In this document: positions 53,224 through 62,767 of the stretch, one piece after another
Layout of the letters: each line of letters begins with the position of its first letter
How positions within the stretch are numbered: position 1 is the stretch's first letter
NCBI GenBank assembly: GCA_965205265.1
Contig: CBDBGH010000003.1
Span: 2,368,001-2,432,000, forward strand
Direction: 5' to 3'
Length of the DNA stretch: 64,000 bases
From: Alphaproteobacteria bacterium
GTDB lineage: Bacteria; Pseudomonadota; Alphaproteobacteria; Bin95
The notes under the pieces: model-generated
The model's input: the letters and a program-made list of their open reading frames with translations, nothing else
Databases searched by the model: none
Told to the model about the DNA's origin: nothing
Program-made: the position numbers and the translations under genes

Positions 53224-55137
53224 CTGACTTCGACGGTTGATTCGCATAAGTAGTTGATATTGCCTGGTTCTCATTTCGGCTAGGCACTACATCCGGCATT
53301 TCTTCGAGCCGTGCTTCGTCGACGGTCAGGCGAGTTGATACGGGGTGATCGTCAGGGGCAGCCCCATGGTTGCGTAAATCTGCTCCGCCGCCGGTGTCGG
53401 CTTCGAGGGGATGACGTAGCGGTTGCCCGATTGCCGACAGCGCAGCAGGGAGCACTGGCGGTGGACGAGGGCGGAGCGGATGACCTCCGGGGACATCCGC
53501 CGCTTCTGGATGGCGACGCGGTACGCAAGGTGTCGAACGCAGGCGAAGGCCAGGAAGGCGATGGCGATGTGAGCGCGGATCCGGTCCGGGTTCCAGTGCC
53601 AGATGGGACGTATCTTCAGGTCGTGTTTGGTGATCCGGAAGCTCTCCTCGACCTGCCAGAGCCCCTGGTAGTGAGCCATCACTTCGGTGACGCGCGCGTC
53701 GCGCAGATTGGTGATGACGCCGGTGAGCCCGTCCCATCGTGCGGCCTCGGCGATCTTCTCCGGGTTCACCGTGAGCCGTGCGTCGCCCTCGACGGCGATG
53801 AAGCGCTTCGCCCCGTGATTGGAGAGCAGTTCCCTGGGATTGTCGCTGCGGGCCAGCCTGTCGAGCAGGCGTTCCACCTGATGGCGGCGCTCGTGCGCGT
53901 CCTTGCGTGCGCGCTGGGGGCAGAAGACGACGATCAGGCGACGGCCCTTGTACTCCCACTCGCCGACCCGGCGGTCCTGTGAGCCCTCCAGCGGGGCATA
54001 GGTCCCGGGGTCGAGAACCTGCCCCAGCAGCGCGAGCGGCAGCTTGCGCAGCCGCGCGCCGACGACATACTCGCCGCCGATGGCGTCCATGGCGTCGAGG
54101 TTGTCGGCGCTCAGCATGCCCCGGTCGGCCACGCATACCGTGCGCTCCACCTGGTGGCGGCGCTGCATGTCCTGCAGGACCGGGACCATGCTGTGTCCCT
54201 CGTAGGTGGCGCCGGGGAAGACCTCGTAGCTGATCGGCAGCCCTTCGCGCGTCACCATCAGCGCCAGCAGAACCTGCGAGTCCTTGTGTTTGCCGTCCTT
54301 GCTGAAGCCGTGCTGGCGAAGCTCGTCCTCGGCGGCCGTCTCGAAGTAGAGCGTGGTGCAATCGAAGAAGAGGATCGCGACCGGCTCCGGCAGCAGCGAC
54401 CGGCTCGCCTCGCCGACGCGCGTGCGCAGTCGCTCGATCACCGTCGCGTCGAGCTGATCCATCATCCGGTAGACCTTCTCGAGCGGAAGACTCACGCCGA
54501 AGTCCTCCTCGAGCCGGCGCACGCTGCCCCGCTTGCTGTCGGGGTTGGCTACCCGCGCCATCACCACATGGAACAGCGCGTCATGGGAGGCCCGGTAGCG
54601 CGAGCGCGGCAGCAGCGCGTCGAGGCCCAGCAGCCGGTAGATCTCGCCATAGACCTCGTGGATGCCTGTGATCAGGCGCTGCTCCTCTTCAAGCTGCTTG
54701 AGGTCGACCGGGAGTTCCTCCTTGCCGTCCCCCCGGCGGCCGACACGGATCGCCTGCTCAGCGATCTTCTCGGGCGCAAACAATGCCGGCTGACGCTCGT
54801 CCTCCAGCTTCGCCTTGACGTACTCGCCGAGCTGCCTCAGGCGCTCGAGCTCGTCCTCGTCCATGGCCACGCCGACATGGCGGACGATGCGCTGTCGGAC
54901 CTTGCCGCCGTCGCGCACGGCCTCGACGATCTGGACCGAGCGTCGCGGGCTGTTGGGGGAGGTCTTGATGCGCACGAACATGGGGGGAGTGTAGCGCGTG
55001 GCGGAGGCATTGACAGTCTCAAAGATTTACTAGGCACTACAACGCAGCTTGACCGCACCGCAACTGCCAACTCATTGGCTTTACTGAAAACTCCAGACGC
55101 GAGATCGGTCAGAAGTCAGCCCAACCGTCGAAGTCAG
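53224..55137 (-). mobile_element. IS1634-family element, copy 2 (~1914 bp)
   Basis: Same TIRs and identical translated transposase as copy 1; 118-bp direct repeat at 53106-53223 and 55138-55255. Confidence 0.9.
53326..54981 (-). CDS. IS1634-family DDE transposase
   Basis: 551 aa, identical to 21089-22744. Confidence 0.9.
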   Translation of the reverse strand: MFVRIKTSPNSPRRSVQIVEAVRDGGKVRQRIVRHVGVAMDEDELERLRQLGEYVKAKLEDERQPALFAPEKIAEQAIRVGRRGDGKEELPVDLKQLEEEQRLITGIHEVYGEIYRLLGLDALLPRSRYRASHDALFHVVMARVANPDSKRGSVRRLEEDFGVSLPLEKVYRMMDQLDATVIERLRTRVGEASRSLLPEPVAILFFDCTTLYFETAAEDELRQHGFSKDGKHKDSQVLLALMVTREGLPISYEVFPGATYEGHSMVPVLQDMQRRHQVERTVCVADRGMLSADNLDAMDAIGGEYVVGARLRKLPLALLGQVLDPGTYAPLEGSQDRRVGEWEYKGRRLIVVFCPQRARKDAHERRHQVERLLDRLARSDNPRELLSNHGAKRFIAVEGDARLTVNPEKIAEAARWDGLTGVITNLRDARVTEVMAHYQGLWQVEESFRITKHDLKIRPIWHWNPDRIRAHIAIAFLAFACVRHLAYRVAIQKRRMSPEVIRSALVHRQCSLLRCRQSGNRYVIPSKPTPAAEQIYATMGLPLTITPYQLA

Positions 55138-55754
55138 GAGGATCGGACCGGGCCCGCCCAGCACCACATGCCCGTAGCCTTCGAAGGGCAGGTCCGCCCC
55201 GCCTATCGTCACTCCCAGCATCCGCGAGCAGAGCATCGGGTCCGTGGAGAGCCCCAGCGACCGGCGCACGATCGAGGCCCGGCCGTCGGCGCCGACGATG
55301 CGCGCGGCGGTTACGGCGCGCTCGTCGCCGCCTACGGAAAAGGCGACCTGCCCGTCATCGACCGCCTTGACCCGTGCGTGGGAAATGAAATCGACACCGG
55401 CCTCCTCCTCGATCGCTTCGCGGAGGCTCGAGACAAGCAAGGCGTGGTCGCACGCCAGACCGCGGGACCCGTCCGGGTAAGGAAGCAGGATCGGCTCCGA
55501 GCCGTCCTCCGGAAACACCGCGAATCCGTTGCCCGGGGTGCTGCGGGGCAGCGCGTCGATGTCTATCCCGACCTCGCGCAATATCCTGACGGCCGGCGGA
55601 TGCAGCCATTCGCCGGCCAGGCGCCCCGACGCCCTGGGATTGGCTTCCAGCAGGGCCACGCGGGCGCCCCGGCGCGCATGGGCGAGCGCGCACAGGCTCC
55701 CCACCGGGCCCGCGCCGACAATGGCTACGTCGTAAGGCCGCCCCGCGGCGGCGC

Positions 55755-57164
55755 TCATCGGAAAACGCTCGGCTCCGCGCGGCGGCGGTAGCGGACCCGG
55801 CACGGGGCCTCGGGCCCCGTCACCCAGCTGCCGTAATTCGGGCGCGGGAACCTCGAGTCGGCAGTGAAGTCGAAGCGGTCGAGCAGAACCGTCCAGATCG
55901 CCTTGAGCTGCATATAGGCGAAGTTCTTGCCCATGCATGCATGTTTGCCGCCGCCGAAGCCGATCAGGGCGTAATGGTGCTGCCTGTCCTCGCTGGCGGG
56001 GGGCGCGAAACGGTCGGGGAAGAACCGCTCCGGGTCGGCGAAGACATGGGGCAGGCGGTGGGAGACCGCCGGCGACACCATGGCCATGGTGCCGGCAGGC
56101 ACGACACTGCCCCTGTAGCGGAGCGGTTCGAGCACCTTCCGGATCAGCAATATCAGCGGCGGGTGCAACCGCTCGCATTCTCGCACGGCGTTTTCCATCG
56201 CCGGCTGGCGCTGGAGGCTGTCGAGGCTTATGGACCCCGCTTCGCGGTAAACCTCCCGCATCTCCTCCCTCAATCGCGCCAGGTAGGAGGGCGCCCTGAA
56301 GAGCTCAAGGCCGGTCCAGGTCGCAAGCACCGCGCTGGTGTGCTGGCCCGCGAACAGCACCGTCAGCAGAATCCCCGTGATCTCGTCGTCGCTGAGAGCG
56401 CGGCCATCCTTGTAACGGGCATTCATGAGCGTCTGCATGAAGTCGTCGGGGCCGCCCCCTGCATGGCGGCGCGCCGCCATGATCCCGCCGAAGATCTCCG
56501 CCACCTTCCGCCGGGCCCGGTCACGGCTTCTGTGCGCGGGGGTGGGAAGTCTCGGAAGGAAGAACCCGAGCGTGTTAATACCCTTCTGCAGGTCGTGGTA
56601 GGCCTCGGCGAATCCGGTGTCCACCCGGTCGCGGACCTCCTGCCCGATCAGGCAGCGGCTGGCGATCCTGACGGTGAGCTCGTTCATCGCATGCGGCAGG
56701 TCGATGTTCCCCTCCTCGCCGAGGGCGTCGGCGAAAGCGCTCGCCTCCTCGAACATGATGAGGGCGAATTTCCGCATGGCGGCCTCGCGGAGCGCGGGAA
56801 ACAGGAATCCCAGCTGCTCCGCCATGATTTCCGGCGAGGTGTCATAGGCCACGCCGCGCCCGAAGACGGGCACGGTGAAGCGGTAGACCGCCTTGGCGTT
56901 CAGCTGGGTCTCCGGCGCCCTGAAATAGAAGTCGTGGGCTTCGGGCCCGGCGAAGAGGACGAAATCGCGGACACCCAGCCTGAAGCGGAAGAGGTCGCCA
57001 TGCTCGCGCCAGCCGCGGCTCAGCATGGCGACCGGGTCCCGCTGGAATTCCCTGAGATGGCCGATCAGCGGCCAGCTGCCCGCCAGTTCCGGAACGGGCT
57101 CTTCCGGCCGCGGCGGGGGGTCCGCGGCATGCAGGGTCGCCATGCTGTGAGACCGGTTCGCCAT
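55755..57164 (-). CDS. cyp51: Sterol 14-alpha-demethylase cytochrome P450 (CYP51)
   Basis: YRFTVPVFGRGVAYD, AGQHTS, ECERLHPP, FGGGKHACMG. Confidence 0.9.
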   Translation of the reverse strand: MANRSHSMATLHAADPPPRPEEPVPELAGSWPLIGHLREFQRDPVAMLSRGWREHGDLFRFRLGVRDFVLFAGPEAHDFYFRAPETQLNAKAVYRFTVPVFGRGVAYDTSPEIMAEQLGFLFPALREAAMRKFALIMFEEASAFADALGEEGNIDLPHAMNELTVRIASRCLIGQEVRDRVDTGFAEAYHDLQKGINTLGFFLPRLPTPAHRSRDRARRKVAEIFGGIMAARRHAGGGPDDFMQTLMNARYKDGRALSDDEITGILLTVLFAGQHTSAVLATWTGLELFRAPSYLARLREEMREVYREAGSISLDSLQRQPAMENAVRECERLHPPLILLIRKVLEPLRYRGSVVPAGTMAMVSPAVSHRLPHVFADPERFFPDRFAPPASEDRQHHYALIGFGGGKHACMGKNFAYMQLKAIWTVLLDRFDFTADSRFPRPNYGSWVTGPEAPCRVRYRRRAEPSVFR

Positions 57165-57172
57165 CCCCGCCC

Positions 57173-58273
57173 TCAATGGATGAACGGCAGCATCGAGAAA
57201 CGCGCCTGCTGCGTGTAGCGTTCCCACAGCTCGCCGTATTTGGCCCGGCAGCGGCGCTCGTCGCGTATCGAGCGGTGCCACAGGAGACCCGCCAGCCATG
57301 CCGGCAGCAGGTAGGGGACCCAGGATGCGAACCCGGTCGTCAGCGCGAAAGCGAGATAGATGCAGATCTCGCCGGTATAGTTGAGATGCCGCCCGATTCC
57401 CCAGAATCCGGAGACCAGGAGTCGCCCGTCCAGGGTCCGGGCGGGCTGCCCCCAGATCGTGACATCGGGGTCGCGCTTGAAGCCGTGCTTCTGCTGGTTT
57501 GCTCCGCGGAAGAGCCAGAAGCCGAAGGCGAACAACAGGACGACGGCCATGGCGGCGGCCGGAGACAGCGGGTCCGGCGCGTGAACCAGCCACCAGCCGG
57601 GCAGGCAATAGAAGAACGGCACCAGCACATAGTCGCCCCAGACCAGCATCCATCCGAAGCGCTCGCTGATGATGTCCCAAGTGTGGATCATGCCGTGCTC
57701 GAACTGGAAGTAGTTGAGCACGTAGAGGAAGGTGAACGCCTGATAGAGCGCCATCGCCAGGGTAAGCTCGCCATAGGTTTCCCACTGCACGACGGCGAAG
57801 GAGGCGTTGAAGAGCGCCAGGCCGATGAGGGAGGGGCGGTAGCTGAACAGCTTCAGGTCCAGCCCGAACCGGACCGGGCCGGCATCGACGCCGCCGAAAT
57901 AGCCCCGCCAGAATCCCGGCGGAGCGCCGGGCGCCCGCGCGCCCCGCAGATACAGCCAGCCCGCAAGCGCGAAGGCGAAGGCGTTCGCCGCCACGAACAG
58001 GGCGGCGAAGTGGGTGTAAAGCGCCGAAAGGGAGAACCAGCCGAAGAACTGGGCGAGGCCCGCCGCGAACGCGGCGATCAGGAAAAGCGCGAGGCCGTTC
58101 AGCTTGTAGATGCGCTCATTGCCCTCGGCGTCCGGCCCCGCGATGCGGCGGCCGGGAAGGACAATCGAACCCAGGAAGAGCAGCGCGACGAACACCAGCG
58201 CCATTGCCGCCGCTTCGAGCAACGCCCCGCCCGACAGCGCGGACGACAGGGGGGACGCTTCAGGCAGGGACAC
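57173..58273 (-). CDS. ERG4/ERG24-family sterol reductase (probably Delta-14)
   Basis: YKLNG, DLKLF...RP, DIISERFGWMLVWGD, LLVSGFWG..RH.NYTGE, RDERRC..KYG. Confidence 0.88.
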   Translation of the reverse strand: MSLPEASPLSSALSGGALLEAAAMALVFVALLFLGSIVLPGRRIAGPDAEGNERIYKLNGLALFLIAAFAAGLAQFFGWFSLSALYTHFAALFVAANAFAFALAGWLYLRGARAPGAPPGFWRGYFGGVDAGPVRFGLDLKLFSYRPSLIGLALFNASFAVVQWETYGELTLAMALYQAFTFLYVLNYFQFEHGMIHTWDIISERFGWMLVWGDYVLVPFFYCLPGWWLVHAPDPLSPAAAMAVVLLFAFGFWLFRGANQQKHGFKRDPDVTIWGQPARTLDGRLLVSGFWGIGRHLNYTGEICIYLAFALTTGFASWVPYLLPAWLAGLLWHRSIRDERRCRAKYGELWERYTQQARFSMLPFIH

Positions 58274-59345
58274 CGCCGTCCCCCGACCCGCGGGCCAGAG
58301 TTTCCCGCCATTTGCGCACCGTGACTTCCTGAAAGGCCTTGACCACCGGATTGAACTCGACGGGCCGCGCGTCCCAGTGTTTCTCGTAACCCTCCTGTTC
58401 CGCTTCGAGCGCAAACCGGTCCTGGTCGAGCAGGGGGGCGATGAGCGCGCGGTTGGAGATTTTCATCACCGCAGTCATGGCGAAACGCGGAATGCGCACC
58501 GGCAGGAACGGTATTTTCAGAGACTTGAAATAGAACAGGAAGAACACCCGGGTGGTGCGTTCGTCCATGGGCAGCACGAACAGCCAGTGCTTGATCTCGT
58601 CATCGGTGTTCGACCACTGGTAGGGATATTCGTAGCAGAGCTCCATACGGTTGGTGTTGAGCCGCTCATGGTCCACGAACAGCCCCGAGATGCGCCCGCG
58701 CCCGACGCGCGTGTCATAGGCGAGATGCACATTGTCGCCGACGGTTTCGCAGGAGGCGAGCTCGGCTCCGTCGAAGGGCCGGTAGCGGCGGTGCAGATGC
58801 GCATGGGTGAAGTCGCTCACATTGTCGATCACCATCGAGTGGTGCGCCGCCCATGTGAAGCGCAGCGGCACGCAGGTCCAGCGGCCGGGCCCCTCCAGCT
58901 CGGGAATCTCCGGGATCCCGCGCTGCTCCGCCTGCTCCGGGTCGCCCGGGAAGAGCCAGACCAAGCCGTAGCGGACCTTCACCGGATAGGTCTTGAGCGC
59001 AAGCCGCGGGAAGCTTCGCCCGTTGCCGTCATAAGGGACCCCGGCAGGACGCTCCCTGCCGCCATATTCCCAGCCGTGATAGGCGCACACCAGCCGGCAT
59101 CCCTCCACATGACCGATGGAGAGCTTGAGCTGGCGGTGCGCGCAGCGGTTCTCGATCGCCTGGAAAGAACCGTCCGTTCCCCGGAACAGCGCAATCGAGT
59201 GCTTCCAGAAAACGACCTCGACCACCGTTCCCGGCTTGACCCGGCGCACTTCCTCCACCGCATACCAGTAATTCGGGTCCATGCCCGCGGCGCGCGCCTG
59301 CTGGCGGAGCGTGCCGGCCTCCTCGAAGCAGGGCGGCGGCCTCAT
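58260..59345 (-). CDS. Rieske oxygenase, SdmA-like candidate sterol C-4 methyl oxidase
   Basis: CAHR...CAYHGW Rieske ligands; DNVSDFTHAHLH mononuclear Fe motif; sterol-cluster context. Confidence 0.75.
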   Translation of the reverse strand: MRPPPCFEEAGTLRQQARAAGMDPNYWYAVEEVRRVKPGTVVEVVFWKHSIALFRGTDGSFQAIENRCAHRQLKLSIGHVEGCRLVCAYHGWEYGGRERPAGVPYDGNGRSFPRLALKTYPVKVRYGLVWLFPGDPEQAEQRGIPEIPELEGPGRWTCVPLRFTWAAHHSMVIDNVSDFTHAHLHRRYRPFDGAELASCETVGDNVHLAYDTRVGRGRISGLFVDHERLNTNRMELCYEYPYQWSNTDDEIKHWLFVLPMDERTTRVFFLFYFKSLKIPFLPVRIPRFAMTAVMKISNRALIAPLLDQDRFALEAEQEGYEKHWDARPVEFNPVVKAFQEVTVRKWRETLARGSGDGGVPA

Positions 59346-60502
59346 GTCGCGCTCCCGCCCGGCATCGCCTGGAGGCCCGGGTGCGGCGCGGGATTTTCCG
59401 CCCCTCCCGCGGCGCGCTGATCCGGGACGTCGGCGCGCGGCGGTTTTGCGGACGGATTCACGATTGCGTTGCGGGCGAAGTGAAATGCGTAGGCTTCATG
59501 AACCGCGTCGCGGATGCCGGTCGGCCGGTAGCCGAGCTCGCGTTGCGCCTTGCCGGTGTCGGCATGGCGGCGCTTTTTCAGCAGGCGGATGGCGCCGGGC
59601 GTGAAGCGCTGGGGAAAGTCCGGATGGAACCGGCTCAGGTAAGAGCTCGCCACTTCCGAAAAGGCGAGCATCAGGGGGGCGGGAATCCGCCGGCGCGGCC
59701 TCGGGACGCCCGAGACCTCCTCATACAGACCCACGATCTCCGAGATGGTCTTGTACTCGCTGCTGAAGATGTATTTTTCGCCCGAGCGGCCGCGGCGCAT
59801 GCACAGCAGGTGCCCCTCGACAATGTCGCGCGCCGCGACGAACTCGAACCCGCCGTCGATATAGGCATGAAGCTTGCCATTGGTGTAGTCGCAGAGCGTC
59901 CTTCCCAGCCGCGAGGGCAGATAGTCGGCGCCTCCCACCACTGCGCAACAGGTCGCGACCACGACATCCTGCCCTGTGGCCGCCGCGCGCCAGCATTCCT
60001 GCTCGACCAGCGACTTGCTGCGCTCATAGGGCATCGTGCGTTCCATGGGATAGAACGGCATTGTCTCGTCGCTGGGCGCGGACGGATCGTCCAGATCGTA
60101 GCCGACCGCGCTGAAGGAGCCGGTCACGACCACACGGCCGGCCTCGGCTTCCCGCGCCGCCTGCAGCACGTTGCGGGTGCCGCGAACATTGCACTCGAAC
60201 ACCTCCCGGCGATGGGCCCGGTTGCCCTCGATGGTCGATATCTTGGCCGCGACATGATAGACGCCCCGGCAGCCGGCGAGCGCCTGCCTCGTGGCATTCA
60301 AATCCCGGATGTCGCCGAACACGCGCTCCACATCGAGGCCTTCCAGCCCCTCATTGTTGTCCTCGCACCTCAGCAACACCCGGACCCGCACGCCGTCGCC
60401 GAGCAACCGGCGCACGAGATTGGCGCCGACATGCCCGGCCGAACCGGTAACGAAAACGGGCGGCGTCGGCGAACCCGCCGGCATGCTCGATGGAGACGTC
60501 AT
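59342..60502 (-). CDS. NAD(P)-dependent epimerase/3-beta-HSD family, SdmB-like candidate
   Basis: VTGSAGHVG, GDIRD, YERSK; ATGA overlap with the Rieske gene. Confidence 0.75.
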   Translation of the reverse strand: MTSPSSMPAGSPTPPVFVTGSAGHVGANLVRRLLGDGVRVRVLLRCEDNNEGLEGLDVERVFGDIRDLNATRQALAGCRGVYHVAAKISTIEGNRAHRREVFECNVRGTRNVLQAAREAEAGRVVVTGSFSAVGYDLDDPSAPSDETMPFYPMERTMPYERSKSLVEQECWRAAATGQDVVVATCCAVVGGADYLPSRLGRTLCDYTNGKLHAYIDGGFEFVAARDIVEGHLLCMRRGRSGEKYIFSSEYKTISEIVGLYEEVSGVPRPRRRIPAPLMLAFSEVASSYLSRFHPDFPQRFTPGAIRLLKKRRHADTGKAQRELGYRPTGIRDAVHEAYAFHFARNAIVNPSAKPPRADVPDQRAAGGAENPAPHPGLQAMPGGSAT

Positions 60503-61121
60503 CGTAGCCGCTTTCCGCTAAAGGGAGCGGGGAGCCAATCCAGTTCCGTGAGATGGGGACAAAGTCTTGCCGACAACACCGTTCACTCACCGGCCGGCAT
60601 CGCAACGGCAGGTGCATTGAAGCGAATCCACGCCTGTTTGCGCCATGAGATATCGCAAATTCTTCATGCCTGTGCCTCCATCTCCGGGAAGGCTGCGGTA
60701 CCGGCGGGCCGGCATGAAACCGAACGGCATAGAGGGTATACAAAAAGGCTTATTTGTCAAATACAACACGCCCGTAGCGCTCTCGCTTCGTCCGGAAAGC
60801 GAATGCCCCACCCGGGAAAAAGACCCCTTGCGTCATCCCGGTTTTCTTCCGCCCCGGTGACGCCGCAGCCGGTGGAGAGGAGGCCGAAGCGGCGAGGTCG
60901 TCATGGCAGGCCGAAGACTTCGACCGCAGCCATGACGGCTCCGGCACTCGAGCCAAGAAGGGAACCTCTGTTGGACCGGTTGGACAAGACCGAATTTTCT
61001 TCTTTATTTTCAACGCCTCGGTTCGAGACGGTTGGACACTTTATGTCCTTGACCTTACTGCAAAAATAGATTTCCGTTGGGGTCACCACGCGGCACAGTC
61101 CCCGCCAGGAGGCGCAACCCC

Positions 61122-61343
61122 ATGTCCGAGCGGACCCTGTCCATCGAATATTGCGTGGCTTGAAACTACGAGCCGCGCGCCCTCCGTGCGAGGGACATCC
61201 TGCAGGCGAATACCGGCCTTGCCGTGAACCTGGTCAAGGGCGGCGGCGGCGTCTTCGAAATCCGGCGGGACGGCGAGATGCTGTTCTCCAAGAAGGCGAC
61301 GGGGCGCTTCCCGACCGACGAGGAATTGCACGCGCTGCAATAG
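61122..61343 (+). CDS. SelT/SelW/Rdx-family selenoprotein (in-frame TGA read as Sec)
   Basis: AGGAGG RBS; MSERTLSIEYCVA-U-NYEPRA...GGGGVFEI..DGEMLFSKKATGRFP; hairpin 3' of the TGA. Confidence 0.85.
61180..61194 (+). promoter_or_regulatory. Candidate bacterial SECIS apical hairpin
   Basis: CCCTC-CGTGC-GAGGG starting 16 nt after TGA 61161-61163. Confidence 0.55.
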
Positions 61344-61348
61344 CCCGC

Positions 61349-62767
61349 ATGCGCCGCCCGACATTCCTTGCATGGCTTCTGGCGGCGCTGCTGCTGGCCT
61401 TCCAGCCGGCGCATGCCCATGAGCCCCGCGCGGCCGTTCCCGATTCGGCCGAGCAGCTGCGGCTCTCCTTCGCCCCTGTGGTGCGCGCCGTCCGGCCTGC
61501 CGTGGTCAATATCTTCACGACCGGGCGCAGGGTCGAGCGCCGGTCGCCCTTTTCCGGCTTCCCTTTCCTCGACGACCCCTTCTTCCGCCGTTTCTTCGAT
61601 CCGGGCGACCGGCGGCGGCAACGGGCGCAGAATTCGCTCGGCTCCGGCGTGGTCGTCGGCGCGGACGGGCTGATCGTGACCAACCACCATGTCATCGAGA
61701 ATGCCGGCGCCATCAAGGTGGTGCTCGCCGACCGGCGCGAGTTTCCGGCAAAGGTCGCAGCCTCCGACGAGCGCAGCGACCTCGCCCTGCTCCGGGCCGA
61801 GCTCGACGGCGCGACGCTCCAGCCAGCGGTGCTCGGCGACTCGGACGGCCTCGAAGTCGGCGACCTCGTGCTGGCGATCGGCAATCCCTTCGGCGTCGGC
61901 CAGACGGTGACCTCCGGCATCGTCTCGGCGCTGGCGCGCACCGGCCCTTCGGCCCGCGGCCCCGGCTATTTCATCCAGACCGACGCCGCCATCAATCCCG
62001 GCAATTCGGGCGGTGCCCTGGTCAATCTGGCCGGCGAGGTTATCGGCGTGAACACCGCGATCTTCTCCCGCAGCGGCGGCTCGCACGGCGTCGGCTTCGC
62101 CATCCCGTCCAACCTCGTGCGGGTCATGGTCGAGACCGCCCGGAGCGGCGGGCGCGTCGTGCGCCCCTGGCTCGGCGTCGAGAGCCAGCCGGTGACGCCG
62201 GACCTTGCGGACGCGCTCGGCCTTGCCCGGCCCGGCGGCCTTCTGGTGCGGGCCGTGCGCGACGACGGGCCGTTCGCGCGCGCCGGCGGGGCGCGGGGCG
62301 ATGTCATCCTGTCCGTGAACGGGCATCCTGTGCTGGACCGGACGGCGCTGCGCTTCCGCATGACGACGCTCCGGCCGGGCGAGGAGGCCGAGTTAGGAAT
62401 CCTCCGGCACGGCGAGGAGGCCATGCTCTTCGTTCCGGTAGAGCTGCCGCCGGAAGTGCCGCCGCGCGACCGCAGGCAGCTGCGGGGGTCGCATCCACTC
62501 GCCGGCGCCGAAATCGTCAATCTCTCGCCGGCGGTGATTGAGGAGTTCGCCTTCAGCGGGCGCGACACGGGCGTGCTGATCGCCGATGTGGCGCGCGGTT
62601 CGCCCGCCCGGCGTCACGGCTTCCGGCCGGGAGACCTGCTGCACAGCATAAACGGGCAGGAGATGGCCGACACGGCCGGGACCGAGGCCGTCCTCCGGGC
62701 CGGCGAGCGTCCATGGCGCATTTCCATCTGGCGCGGCGGGCGTTCGCTAACGACAATCTTCCGATGA
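61349..62767 (+). CDS. Do/DegP/DegQ periplasmic serine protease with two PDZ domains
   Basis: Signal peptide; SLGSGV, TNHHV, DLALL, QTDAAINPGNSGG. Confidence 0.92.
   Translation: MRRPTFLAWLLAALLLAFQPAHAHEPRAAVPDSAEQLRLSFAPVVRAVRPAVVNIFTTGRRVERRSPFSGFPFLDDPFFRRFFDPGDRRRQRAQNSLGSGVVVGADGLIVTNHHVIENAGAIKVVLADRREFPAKVAASDERSDLALLRAELDGATLQPAVLGDSDGLEVGDLVLAIGNPFGVGQTVTSGIVSALARTGPSARGPGYFIQTDAAINPGNSGGALVNLAGEVIGVNTAIFSRSGGSHGVGFAIPSNLVRVMVETARSGGRVVRPWLGVESQPVTPDLADALGLARPGGLLVRAVRDDGPFARAGGARGDVILSVNGHPVLDRTALRFRMTTLRPGEEAELGILRHGEEAMLFVPVELPPEVPPRDRRQLRGSHPLAGAEIVNLSPAVIEEFAFSGRDTGVLIADVARGSPARRHGFRPGDLLHSINGQEMADTAGTEAVLRAGERPWRISIWRGGRSLTTIFR

Larger units (their letters stand above)
50307..55758 (-). 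pseudogene. Squalene epoxidase-oxidosqualene cyclase fusion gene interrupted by IS1634-like element
   Basis: 5' part: VGAGPVG, LAGEWLHP, GADGRAS. 3' part: GDAAG..HPMT..GMT, then cyclase motifs (SWGKFWLA, WYCHTR, SDCTAE, QW repeats). Removing the IS and one repeat copy gives an open 3420-nt frame (1139 aa). Confidence 0.9.

Noticed and set aside
55081-56178. 365-aa ORF as a stand-alone gene
   Set aside because: The real start is 55758; the upstream part overlaps CYP51 and the tail is IS sequence
61151-61348. Extended N-terminus of the DegP-like protease
   Set aside because: Overlaps the selenoprotein gene; the signal peptide begins at ATG 61349
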